A stretch of DNA of 52,334 nt from an uncultured archaeon (GCA_964391885.1 CAYMNU010000082.1:1-52334); one strand, 5' to 3'. Shown: positions 1 to 8,161, counted from the stretch's first letter. Notes: generated from the sequence alone by a model not told the origin. Made by a program: numbers and translations.

Positions 1-282
1 CTAATCATGTGGCAACCCATAGATTAAATCGTGATGAGCCACTCTGACATATCTGACGTAATCCCCTTCTATCCTAAAGGTTATCACAAAGGGGTCCACA
101 TGTGCTGCTTTGTATCTCTGCAAGGGACGCTTTAGATTCTTGTAAAGCTCAGGCATGCCAAGAATCTGGAGAATCTTCTTATCCAACCGTTGCTGCAAGC
201 CCTTATCTTTCTTCACTAGCGAGACATAATCCTTCTCGAAATACTTGGACCGCTTTGGTTTGTATTTCTTATCACCAATCAT
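1..282 (-). CDS. RelE/ParE-superfamily toxin
   Basis: 93 aa, basic. C-terminal pattern 'YKAAHVDPFVITFRIEGDYVRYVRVAHHDLIY' is typical of RelE/StbE mRNA interferases. Overlaps the upstream antitoxin by 4 nt. Confidence 0.8.
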   Translation of the reverse strand: MIGDKKYKPKRSKYFEKDYVSLVKKDKGLQQRLDKKILQILGMPELYKNLKRPLQRYKAAHVDPFVITFRIEGDYVRYVRVAHHDLIYGLPHD

Positions 283-530
283 TTCTCTGCGGCTTTATGG
301 AGATCTTTGAGCATTTCCTCTCCTGTTTTGTACTCTTTGTATCCGCTAGCTTCAGCAACTCTTATAGACTGGACAAAGTCGGGATTTATCTGGCTTTGCA
401 TGTCTATCTCATTTCTAATCCCGCTGCGAACCATCTCTGAAAAAGAGCCATATGCGCCCTTATCTACTAAAACTTTGGCCTGTTTGTACATCCCTGCAGG
501 AAAGGAGATGTTGACTTTCAGTGTATCCAT
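279..530 (-). CDS. Ribbon-helix-helix antitoxin (RelB/ParD-like)
   Basis: N-terminal RHH signature 'KVNISFP...GAYGSFSEMVRSGIR', acidic tail, directly upstream of the toxin. Confidence 0.75.
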   Translation of the reverse strand: MDTLKVNISFPAGMYKQAKVLVDKGAYGSFSEMVRSGIRNEIDMQSQINPDFVQSIRVAEASGYKEYKTGEEMLKDLHKAAEK

Positions 531-551
531 AGTGTATCTAGATGCTTTGTA

Positions 552-607
552 AATAAAAACGTTTTTCTTGTTAGTCTCCTCAATCTAACAGGTGTTCAAA
601 ATGGTCA
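552..607 (-). promoter_or_regulatory. Upstream region of TA operon 1 (BRE/TATA plus a conserved 17-mer), duplicated at 1509-1559
   Basis: 552-573 matches 1509-1530 at 20/22 nt. GGTGTTCAAAATGGTCA (591-607) matches 1543-1559 at 16/17 nt. Confidence 0.65.
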
Positions 608-638
608 AGTCTCAGAGAACCGTAGACAGAGAACCCTT

Positions 639-772
639 TGAAGACTCAAGACAGCAGACCCAAAACCTGGCCGAAGGCCAAACTCATCCGGGAGGCAGGA
701 TTGTTTACAGTCTTCAGTTTTCGGTCTTCCTGGCCGCCGGCCGGTTAAGACTGTGGACTCAGGACTGAAAAT
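639..772. repeat. GTC/GAC heptamer tandem repeats in alternating orientation with GGCC hairpins
   Basis: tgaagac-tcaagac-agcagac-ccaaaac (639-666), gtcttca-gttttcg-gtcttcc (710-730), ttaagac-tgtggac-tcaggac (745-765). TGGCC-GAA-GGCCA hairpin at 668-680. Confidence 0.65.
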
Positions 773-1054
773 CTATTTTCGTTTGTAAGCATCATCATGA
801 TGCTCAAGTTTTAGGAATTCTATGCGATTCGCTTCTTCATGAACCTTGAAGACCAAAACAAAACTCTTCATGATGTGGACTCTTCTCTTGCCAGAGTAAT
901 CATATTTGAGGGGCTTGTAGTGTAAAGGGTCCTCAATAACTTCCTGCATCTTGTTCATTAAGGCTTTCTTAAATTCAGAATTCTTCTTGCAAAGCTTCCG
1001 AATTGTCTTCTTACAGGAGGGCTTGATGGAAGCGGAGTAGTACATCTTATTCAA
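773..1054 (-). CDS. RelE/YafQ-like toxin
   Basis: 'YKPLKYDYSGKRRVHIMKSFVLVFKV...IEFLKLEHHDDAY' RelE-family pattern, downstream of an antitoxin. Confidence 0.85.
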   Translation of the reverse strand: MNKMYYSASIKPSCKKTIRKLCKKNSEFKKALMNKMQEVIEDPLHYKPLKYDYSGKRRVHIMKSFVLVFKVHEEANRIEFLKLEHHDDAYKRK

Positions 1055-1334
1055 ATAATTCCGATAAATCGTTTATTGGAATCCCTTCCTCTTTCTCGGC
1101 CTCTATTATGCTCTTTATGAATTCTTCTTTTAAGGGGAGCCAATCCACAGGATGCCAATCTATCTTCTCGCAATATTCGCTGTCTTCCTTAGATAACTTT
1201 CGGGTTTTCATGAACCCCTCAAATATCCTTCTCTTGGCACACGCTTCCTGAGCCACATATGACCAGTTAACCCAGCCAAAATGATCCATTCTCTCCCTTA
1301 CACTGTCTTCCAAAGGTACAATTAGGCTTGCCAT
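1047..1334 (-). CDS. Antitoxin (archaeal RHH-type N-terminus, RelB-like acidic tail)
   Basis: 'VPLEDSVRERMDHFGWVNWSYVAQEA' and tail 'EEFIKSIIEAEKEEGIPINDLSELFE'; overlaps the toxin start. Confidence 0.7.
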   Translation of the reverse strand: MASLIVPLEDSVRERMDHFGWVNWSYVAQEACAKRRIFEGFMKTRKLSKEDSEYCEKIDWHPVDWLPLKEEFIKSIIEAEKEEGIPINDLSELFE

Positions 1335-1465
1335 TCTCCGAATCTCTCCAATTCTTTTAACCGTTTATCTATTGCATTCGCTACGACCATTGGCCAATTT
1401 ATCTCGGGAAATTGGTCAAGTTTCTTCTTCTGTCCCTCGGGTATAGAAAATGTAGTTCTTTTCAT
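1322..1465 (-). CDS. 47-aa RHH-type microprotein (not in ORF track)
   Basis: Manual translation MKRTTFSIPEGQKKKLDQFPEINWPMVVANAIDKRLKELERFGEWQA*. Overlaps the next gene start; TATA and a palindrome (ACAATTGT) lie upstream. Confidence 0.75.
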   Translation of the reverse strand: MKRTTFSIPEGQKKKLDQFPEINWPMVVANAIDKRLKELERFGEWQA

Positions 1466-1508
1466 CTTGGTGTTTAATTATACAATTGTGTATTATTACA
1501 CGACAATC

Positions 1509-1559
1509 AATAAAAAAGTTTTTCTTATTACCCTAAGTTTTTGGTGTTCAAAAGGGTCA
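1509..1559 (-). promoter_or_regulatory. Upstream region of TA operon 2, paralogous to 552-607
   Basis: AATAAAAAAGTTTTTCTTATTA followed by GGTGTTCAAAAGGGTCA. Confidence 0.65.
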
Positions 1560-1728
1560 TGTCCAATAGGAATGTAGACTAAACACCGATTTGAGCGCTG
1601 GCCTTAGATAACCACACTTTTCCAGATTTTGTAGCCACCTATTTTTGTAGATGCGCTTATATTACTCTAGAACCAGCTCGATCATGACTCCTCCCATTTT
1701 TCTTTCCCAAATCTAATATTCACCCAAG

Positions 1729-1950
1729 ATGGGACAATGGATACAGGCCATAGACGCGCCGGCCGGCACGTCTACCTGGCTTAATTTAGAAAAAGCAGTG
1801 AGCATCGAGGTCGCAGTCTCCAGAACTGCTGGCAACGAGCTGTTTTATGTAAAGGCCAAGGTAGTCGAAGGGGGCCATGAGCTGATTTATTCGCTCGGCA
1901 AGTTCAAGACGGTTAAGGATGCGGAAGGCTTTATAAAAAAACTGGTATAG
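1729..1950 (+). CDS. Hypothetical protein (73 aa)
   Basis: Protein-like composition with no competing gene; no family recognised. Confidence 0.6.
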   Translation: MGQWIQAIDAPAGTSTWLNLEKAVSIEVAVSRTAGNELFYVKAKVVEGGHELIYSLGKFKTVKDAEGFIKKLV

Positions 1951-1956
1951 CCAAGG

Positions 1957-2151
1957 TCAGCATTTGGCAGCGCCCTTCATGATTGCAGTCATGGGAATGC
2001 AGACTGAATTCAAATAGTCGAATTTGCCCCTGAGGCAAATGTCGTTTATCTCTATCTTCAAATCCACCCGCTTGTCCCTGTCCGCTTCTCTGACCATGAT
2101 GGCAAAAAGGCTTCTTGCTTCGTCAATTAGTGTTTGGTTTATTTCATTCAT
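1957..2151 (-). CDS. Hypothetical protein (64 aa)
   Basis: Convergent with 1729-1950 and fills the gap; no family recognised. Confidence 0.5.
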   Translation of the reverse strand: MNEINQTLIDEARSLFAIMVREADRDKRVDLKIEINDICLRGKFDYLNSVCIPMTAIMKGAAKC

Positions 2152-2245
2152 GTTGGCCGCCTGTTTAGAATCAGCCCATATTTAGATGTTTGGAGCATAA
2201 AGATGGCTATATGGCGTTTACCTTGACTTAGGTTCTAAATACGCG

Positions 2246-2383
2246 ATGGAAAGCAAAAAATACATATGCTCAAATTGCTGCAAGCCTGTGGATTACATGG
2301 CTAAGGGCAGCGCCCTCTGCGAGACCTGCAAGAAGAACCTTCCGACTGCGAAGTTCAACAGCAGAATCAAGAAGAAGGAATAA
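2246..2383 (+). CDS. 45-aa Zn-ribbon microprotein (not in ORF track)
   Basis: MESKKYICSNCCKPVDYMAKGSALCETCKKNLPTAKFNSRIKKKE*; CxxC-x12-CxxC. Confidence 0.6.
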   Translation: MESKKYICSNCCKPVDYMAKGSALCETCKKNLPTAKFNSRIKKKE

Positions 2384-2418
2384 TGCAGTTTGAAGTGAAA
2401 TCGTCACAAGATTAGTAT

Positions 2419-4176
2419 TTACTCAATCTTCTCTGCTATAAAGAAGCGCTTCAGCTTCCAGCCCAGTTTCTTGCCAATGCCGGGCTCCTTGGTCTCCTCG
2501 ATGAAGTCTATTTCCTCAGGCGTCAAACTCTCTTTCCATTCCTTCATCTCTTTCTCATGGATGGCCTGGGGACCCTGCAAGGCCTCCTGATCCTGCGGCT
2601 CAGCCATCTGCGATACGGCCTTTTTTGCCTGCTCCTGCCGAATCTCTGTGTCGGTGCCGACTATCCTGGTCTTAAGCGCGCCGATTATGCCCTTATTGCT
2701 CTCGATGCGGTTGCCGAGCATGGGCACTCTTGAGCTGGATTGCTTTGTCTTGACGAGGTCGACTGCAACCCCCCCGTGCTTAGAGCGCCTGACCCTGACG
2801 TTGGTAAGAACCGGCCTTTCGAGCGTCTCGCTTGTTATAAGGGCAGTGCCCATCGAGAGGTTTTTCATCACGTCTTCAAGGTCGGGGCTGAAATTCTCAA
2901 GGCTCTTCGAGATGGCGTTGATGTCGTTGGGGTTGGTAACTTTCAGTATTATCTGTGTATTGGCCTGTGAAAGCACGTTCTTGTCCACTTTTGCAGGCCT
3001 CTGCGTGACTATGCCAAGGCCCATGCCAAACTTTCTGCCTTCGGCCGCAACGGTCCTCAGTATGCCAAGCGACATCGCAGTCCCCACGCCCCGCTCAGGG
3101 CAGAAGCGATGCGCCTCTTCGACAAGGAAGAAGAAAGCAGGAATCTTGTTCTGCTTTCTAGCCTCGAAGAGGTCGTACGAGAGCTTCGAGACTACAAGCT
3201 CCTGCATCTCGGGTTTTATTCCTTTGAGGTTGATTATCGTCATCTGGCCTTTTTTGGCTATCTCCTCGAGCTTGATGCCCTCTGTGGAAAAGATGTTGGT
3301 ATCAAGAAGCGCCTGGAGGCCTGCCACAAGCCCCCACTTGGCATTGGTGTCCGAGAGCTGAAGGTGCTGGATTATGTATTCGAGGGTGTAATCCCCGCTG
3401 CCCTTCAGCTCGTTTATCGCCTGGTAGAGAAGCGCCTGCTGGCCGCCGGTGAGGGAGGTGGGCAGGATGTCAATAATGTCTTTGGCATCCATGTTCTTGT
3501 CGCTCAGCTTGAACTCATGGTCTGCCGTAGGATTGATCGACTTATTGGGTGTGTATTCCACCACATTCTGAAAGGCCTTCGGGCTCACCTGGTACTTGAC
3601 GAACTTCTCGTAGTCTGCGGGAGAGTCGTTGGCTATCTTGAGCGTGTAGTACTCACCGTGCGGGTCGATTATGACGCAGGGAACCTCCTTGTCTGCCAGC
3701 TCTTCCAGAAGCACGCCCACCGTGTAGGACTTGCCTGCACCCGTCTTGGCTAAAACACTCAGGTGCTTTTGGATTAATTTATTTGCGTCAAGGTATACCT
3801 TTATGCCATTCTCCCCTTCAAGGGTACCTACATAAAGGCCCGCATTGCCTGGCATCTCCAGGCCGAGTATGCTTCTGATAAGGGTCTGGTGAGCCTTGAA
3901 TACCCTCTCTTCCGGCTTGAAGGGTGTCTTGGGAAGCTTAATCAGGCCCTGGGCGTCCTTGTAACCGATGACCCGAATCTTGGCAAGCATCCTCTCGGTG
4001 CCCTTCCTGTCATCCCACTGCCTGCGGACATGGGATATCTGGCCGAGTACCCATCCATACATCTCATGGTGTATCTTGATGTATGTGCCACCTTCGGCAA
4101 GCTGCCTGTTCTCTACGAGTATCTCAAAGGATGTGGGTTTGACCTCTCCGTAGACATAGCCTACTATTTCGGGCAT
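2419..4176 (-). CDS. herA: HerA/DUF87-family ATPase with N-terminal HAS barrel
   Basis: Walker A 'AKTGAGKS', Walker B 'LVEEAHRF', 'EGRKFG..TQRPA' motif, HAS-barrel-like N-terminus. Confidence 0.85.
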   Translation of the reverse strand: MPEIVGYVYGEVKPTSFEILVENRQLAEGGTYIKIHHEMYGWVLGQISHVRRQWDDRKGTERMLAKIRVIGYKDAQGLIKLPKTPFKPEERVFKAHQTLIRSILGLEMPGNAGLYVGTLEGENGIKVYLDANKLIQKHLSVLAKTGAGKSYTVGVLLEELADKEVPCVIIDPHGEYYTLKIANDSPADYEKFVKYQVSPKAFQNVVEYTPNKSINPTADHEFKLSDKNMDAKDIIDILPTSLTGGQQALLYQAINELKGSGDYTLEYIIQHLQLSDTNAKWGLVAGLQALLDTNIFSTEGIKLEEIAKKGQMTIINLKGIKPEMQELVVSKLSYDLFEARKQNKIPAFFFLVEEAHRFCPERGVGTAMSLGILRTVAAEGRKFGMGLGIVTQRPAKVDKNVLSQANTQIILKVTNPNDINAISKSLENFSPDLEDVMKNLSMGTALITSETLERPVLTNVRVRRSKHGGVAVDLVKTKQSSSRVPMLGNRIESNKGIIGALKTRIVGTDTEIRQEQAKKAVSQMAEPQDQEALQGPQAIHEKEMKEWKESLTPEEIDFIEETKEPGIGKKLGWKLKRFFIAEKIE

Positions 4177-4194
4177 GGATAATTTGCGTTTGCC

Positions 4195-4662
4195 TTAAGA
4201 AAAAGGATGAATGAGGCCGCGCTCGAGGAGGGTGTAGCTTATGGGTATGCCCTGAAGCGCGCCGATGACAAGGGGGAGCGCATAGTGGAAATCAAAACCC
4301 AGGATACCGAATGCAAATATCACCAGTATGAACATGAGCAATCCCATTATGTAAAAGGGGAACAGCACGCGCGAGTGCTTCTTATGCATCGCCAGGTCGT
4401 TCTTATGCGGCTTGAGTGCGCTTTCCTTGTAGAACCTTAAGTAAAACTCCCTTTCTTTCAGAAGGGCCCTTATCCAGTAGATATGGGTGAATGTCCCTAT
4501 CAGAAGGCCTAAGGAAAACGCTATTAGTATGTTTTCTACCAAAAGGCCGCCGAGCTCCGGCAGGGCAAGAGACAGGGCAAACGGTAGGGGGACAATCGCC
4601 AGCAGGACGCGAATTGCGTTCCTACTTCTTTGTGATCTCCGGCTCTTTTTTGCCTCTTTCAT
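4195..4662 (-). CDS. Hypothetical membrane protein (about 4 TM)
   Basis: Four hydrophobic stretches. The start is uncertain because it overlaps L44e by 41 nt. Confidence 0.65.
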   Translation of the reverse strand: MKEAKKSRRSQRSRNAIRVLLAIVPLPFALSLALPELGGLLVENILIAFSLGLLIGTFTHIYWIRALLKEREFYLRFYKESALKPHKNDLAMHKKHSRVLFPFYIMGLLMFILVIFAFGILGFDFHYALPLVIGALQGIPISYTLLERGLIHPFS

Positions 4663-4903
4663 AGGATCTGAGATGGCTGTAGTTGCATTCCGAGCAGGTC
4701 ATCCTGAAGTTCCCGCCCTTGTTGACCTTCATTACGTCTTTCTCGCCACGCCTCTTGCTGCCATGGCCTTTCTTCACGCGCTCGTACTGGCGCTGGCCCC
4801 AGCTCATGGGCGATGCCTTTCCTTTCTTGTCCTTCTTGACCTTGTGCTTGGTGTGCTTCTTGCACTTCTTGCAAAATGCCCCCACCTCTTCATCGATTTT
4901 CAT
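4622..4903 (-). CDS. rpl44e: 50S ribosomal protein L44e (eL42)
   Basis: 'FCKKCKKHTKHKV...WGQRQYERVKKGHG...CSEC'. Confidence 0.9.
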   Translation of the reverse strand: MKIDEEVGAFCKKCKKHTKHKVKKDKKGKASPMSWGQRQYERVKKGHGSKRRGEKDVMKVNKGGNFRMTCSECNYSHLRSYERGKKEPEITKK

Positions 4904-4914
4904 TTTCTGGTGCT

Positions 4915-5685
4915 TTATTCTTCTGCCAATTCAACAGCGTCGTTTTTCAGCAATATCTCGGCTATCTCATCATCCAGCTCGATTACCTGCCCCTCTTCAA
5001 AAGGCCCAAGCGAAGAGAGGTCCGGGCCGACGAATGCGGGCATGTTCCTCAGAAACCTGACCCTTGAAAGCGCTTTATTTTCAGTTTCGGCTTTAAAAAC
5101 CTCTTGTTTCTCTAGAGGGGCTGCTTCGGCAGGCTTTTCGGCAGGAGCCTGTGCATCGGCATCGCCGACCGAACAGCTAAGCGAGCCGTCCTTCTCCTCG
5201 CATAGCGCCTCTCTGCGAGCAGGCATTTTCACGTCTTCAGAGCCCTCGGAGTCTTTGGCCGCTCCATGCCCGGCTTTGGGCGCTTCAGGAGTCTCCTGAG
5301 CGCTCTGTTCTTCGTCCTGTGCTTCCTCCTGTACCTCTTCCTGCGACTCCTCTTCCACCTGCACTTCTTCCTCAGCTTCTTCTACATGGGTGCCTGCCCT
5401 CAGTGCCGCAAGCTCGCTTCGTATCGTTTTATACGCGGATTTCTCAGGAGGCAAAAGATTTTCCGGACCGTCGTTGCCGGATATCTCCCTAAGGCAGCCC
5501 ATGAGCATCTTGTGCTGGCGCATATGGACTATGTCATTGTAGAGATCCGTCGCCTTCTTGGCCTCATAGGGGTCCCCTTTGTGCATAAGAGCCTCGGAAT
5601 CGTTATAAAAATGGGGCGGCATCTTGGCAGGCTGCGAAGCGCTCTTCTCTGCCCTCCATAATTTCAAAAGCTCGGAAATGTCCAT
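4915..5685 (-). CDS. GINS15/GINS51-like DNA replication protein
   Basis: Helical N-domain, long acidic linker, C-terminal B domain 'RVRFLRNMPAFVGPDLSSLGPFEEGQVIELDDEIAEILLKNDAVE'. Confidence 0.8.
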   Translation of the reverse strand: MDISELLKLWRAEKSASQPAKMPPHFYNDSEALMHKGDPYEAKKATDLYNDIVHMRQHKMLMGCLREISGNDGPENLLPPEKSAYKTIRSELAALRAGTHVEEAEEEVQVEEESQEEVQEEAQDEEQSAQETPEAPKAGHGAAKDSEGSEDVKMPARREALCEEKDGSLSCSVGDADAQAPAEKPAEAAPLEKQEVFKAETENKALSRVRFLRNMPAFVGPDLSSLGPFEEGQVIELDDEIAEILLKNDAVELAEE

Positions 5686-5733
5686 AAGAATTCAGTATAT
5701 TTATTATTCAAAGAATAAAACTAGAAGAGAAAA

Positions 5734-6033
5734 ATGGCAACAGAACTAAGCGCGGAATCATTTCAAGGTTTCGTAAAGGAAAACGAAAAGTGCGTTATCG
5801 ACTTCTGGGCCCCCTGGTGCGGGCCCTGCAGAATGCTGGCGCCCAATATCGAGGCGGCGTGTGCAGAAACGGGCGTAGCTCTGGGGAAGGTCAATATAGA
5901 TGACAACCCAGGCCTGGCGCAGGAGTATGGCGTCATGTCCATACCCACGGTAATCAAAATCGTCAAGGGCGAGGAAGCGAATAGGAAAGTGGGGAACGTC
6001 TCGAAAGAGAGCCTTGTGGATTTCCTGGGCTGA
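5734..6033 (+). CDS. trxA: Thioredoxin
   Basis: 'DFWAPWCGPC' active site and 'VMSIPT'. Confidence 0.95.
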   Translation: MATELSAESFQGFVKENEKCVIDFWAPWCGPCRMLAPNIEAACAETGVALGKVNIDDNPGLAQEYGVMSIPTVIKIVKGEEANRKVGNVSKESLVDFLG

Positions 6034-6046
6034 TTGATGCCACAAG

Positions 6047-6793
6047 GTGGAACCAGTAGGTGCGATTCTGCTTTTTCTGCTGTGCCTGGCAGTGGGCGCG
6101 TTCAGCACTTATACGGGTGGGGGGAGCCTGATAACTATACCCGCCCTGATGCTACTTGGATTGCCGCCCCATATAGCTGTCGCGACTAACCGCCTGGGAG
6201 TCATGGGCATCATGATAGGCTCTTGGTACAAGTTCCACCGTATGAAGATGATGTCCTACAAGGTAGCTCTGCCATTGTCGGTTGCAATCCTAATCGGCTC
6301 GCTTATAGGAGCATCCTTGCTTATACAAGTTGACGAGGCCTTTCTTAAGACATTTGTGTCTATTGTGACGCTAGCCCTTCTGGCCTTATTGATAATCAAG
6401 CCGGAGATGGGCATAAAGGGCTTGGAACTGCATTCCTCGCCAAGAAGGCTGGCAACGGCGACAGTACTCACATTCTTACTTGGTATATACAGCGGATTCT
6501 ATGGTGCGGCCGGCGGGACATTTTTAGCGTATATAACAATACTCGTGCTGGGGCAGACCTTCATAGAAAGCGCGGCAGCTAGAAAGCCCATAATATTGGT
6601 AAGCTCAATCGCTGCTGCAGCAATCTTTGTCTTGCAGGGCTTAATCTATTATGATTATGCCGCAGTAGTTTTCATAGGTACGCTTGCAGGGAGCTATGCT
6701 GGGGCGCATTACTCAAAACGACTGGGCAACGTGTGGATTAAGAGAATGTTCATCGTTGCCGTGGCTGTGATGGCATTGAAGCTGTTGTTTTAG
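6047..6793 (+). CDS. Sulfite exporter TauE/SafE (DUF81) membrane protein
   Basis: 'GGGSLITIPALMLLGLPPHIAVATN', 'YSGFYGAAGGTF'; about 8 TM. Confidence 0.9.
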   Translation: MEPVGAILLFLLCLAVGAFSTYTGGGSLITIPALMLLGLPPHIAVATNRLGVMGIMIGSWYKFHRMKMMSYKVALPLSVAILIGSLIGASLLIQVDEAFLKTFVSIVTLALLALLIIKPEMGIKGLELHSSPRRLATATVLTFLLGIYSGFYGAAGGTFLAYITILVLGQTFIESAAARKPIILVSSIAAAAIFVLQGLIYYDYAAVVFIGTLAGSYAGAHYSKRLGNVWIKRMFIVAVAVMALKLLF

Positions 6794-6910
6794 GGCAGTT
6801 TACTGCGGGCAGGTGCCCCTCATACTCATGTGCAGGGCTTGCATTATCGCTAAGCTGTCGCTAAGCTAATACAAGAAAAAAGAAAAACAAGACTAGAGAC
6901 TGAATGCCTG

Positions 6911-7294
6911 TTACTCGACCATAATCAGCTTCCGGCCCATGGCCTCGAGCACCATGACCTCGCTGCCCTCTTCCAGCTTCGCGCCTTCGGGGACTGGCAG
7001 CTCGAAGGTCTCATAGCTCTCGACGTCCATGAGCTGCCCGATATTACCGCTTACCGACAGTACCTGGTGGGCGCGCCTCGTTATAATAGGCACATCCACC
7101 TTTCTATCGCCGTTGGTGAGCAGCTGCATCTTCTTGCCGTCGAATATGCTAGAGGCAATTATTCTGACCTTTGCGGCCCCGTGCTTGCCGGGCTTTGATG
7201 AAGAATAGTCCACTATCTTACATGGCTCCCCCTCTATGACAATATAACTGCCTTTCTTAAGATTCCTTACCTCTTCTATCTTGATGTCTGCCAT
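6911..7294 (-). CDS. eif5a: Translation factor aIF-5A
   Basis: Hypusine motif 'SSKPGKHGAAK'. Confidence 0.95.
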   Translation of the reverse strand: MADIKIEEVRNLKKGSYIVIEGEPCKIVDYSSSKPGKHGAAKVRIIASSIFDGKKMQLLTNGDRKVDVPIITRRAHQVLSVSGNIGQLMDVESYETFELPVPEGAKLEEGSEVMVLEAMGRKLIMVE

Positions 7295-7369
7295 TTTCTT
7301 TTATTGATTGTGATTGCCGCGAATGCGCTGTGGGTAGTTAAATGTGCGGTTAATAAAAAAGCAGTGGGC

Positions 7370-7606
7370 TTACTCATTAACCCTATAAAACGGCCAGCGC
7401 CTTTCCACGAGCCCGTGTCGCTGCGCCTCCCTCAGCTGGTTTTCCACCCATGTCGCCGAGCCCGCATTTAGCTCTCTAGAAAGCTTTGGAAAGTCCCTTT
7501 CGTGTATCTGGCTAAAGGGCCAGCGCCTGAGGTAGGTCACAACTATGGGTTCATGCGCCACATGGCGATTAGTCCGGGGTTTCCTTGGCATGTGTACAGG
7601 CGGCAT
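7370..7606 (-). CDS. Basic hypothetical protein, possible winged helix
   Basis: Arg/Pro-rich N-terminus; C-terminal 'WVENQLREAQRHGLVERR..YRV' resembles a wHTH; AT-rich TATA-like sequence upstream. Confidence 0.6.
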   Translation of the reverse strand: MPPVHMPRKPRTNRHVAHEPIVVTYLRRWPFSQIHERDFPKLSRELNAGSATWVENQLREAQRHGLVERRWPFYRVNE

Positions 7607-7714
7607 TTTGCTGTCGGTTTAATTTATAGTTTTGTTCTAATAAATAGTATATGCAGGGTACTAACGCCATTGTATTTTAATTCGTTCAACAATAAACAAT
7701 GAAACTGGTGTAAT

Positions 7715-8161
7715 ATGGTAAGGGTTCCGAAGCTTTCAGGCCTCAAAGGCCACAAGGAAAAGAAGATAGCCGTCTTTGTAGACGGCCCCAACCTGCTGCG
7801 CAAGGAGTTCAATGTAGACCTGCGCAAGCTGTCTACACAAATAGAAAGGATGGGGAAGATATCGATAGCCAAGGTCTTCCTTAACCAGTTCGCCCCCGAG
7901 AAGCTCATTGAGGCGATCTCTGCAGAGGGTATGGAATCTATGATAACTCCTGTGGACTGCGACGTCGCGCTTGCAACCGAGGTCATGGAAGCGGTTTATA
8001 ATCCTAATATAGACATTATATGCATTGTAACCCGCGACGGGGACTTCCAGCCCCCGATAATGAAGGCCAAAAAGCATGGCAAGGAGACGGTAGCGTTCGG
8101 CGTCAGGAAAAACCTCTCAGAAAGCCTTATTAACAGCGTGGATAGGTTTATAGAGATTTAA
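7715..8161 (+). CDS. NYN domain protein (LabA/DUF88 PIN-like)
   Basis: 'IAVFVDGPN', 'DCDVALA', 'VTRDGDFQP', 'SESLINSVDRFIEI'. Confidence 0.9.
   Translation: MVRVPKLSGLKGHKEKKIAVFVDGPNLLRKEFNVDLRKLSTQIERMGKISIAKVFLNQFAPEKLIEAISAEGMESMITPVDCDVALATEVMEAVYNPNIDIICIVTRDGDFQPPIMKAKKHGKETVAFGVRKNLSESLINSVDRFIEI

Noticed and set aside
583-772. Integron attC site between TA cassettes
   Set aside because: GTTAGAT exists on the minus strand, but the candidate R'' (TCTTAAC) is not its complement, no L boxes are seen, the span is too long, and no integrase is in the window.
2246-2383. RNA polymerase subunit P (Rpo12)
   Set aside because: The Cys spacing is similar, but the conserved RILxKxR-type C-terminal motif is missing.
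2648-5661. Long antisense ORFs (2648-3361, 3109-3753, 4487-5299, 5266-5661; likewise 36756-37532, 40822-41403)
   Set aside because: They are Ser/Phe/Leu-rich mirrors of well-supported genes on the opposite strand.
4915-5685. Long acidic insertion in GINS as a novelty
   Set aside because: Variable low-complexity linkers between the A and B domains are common in archaeal GINS15/51.
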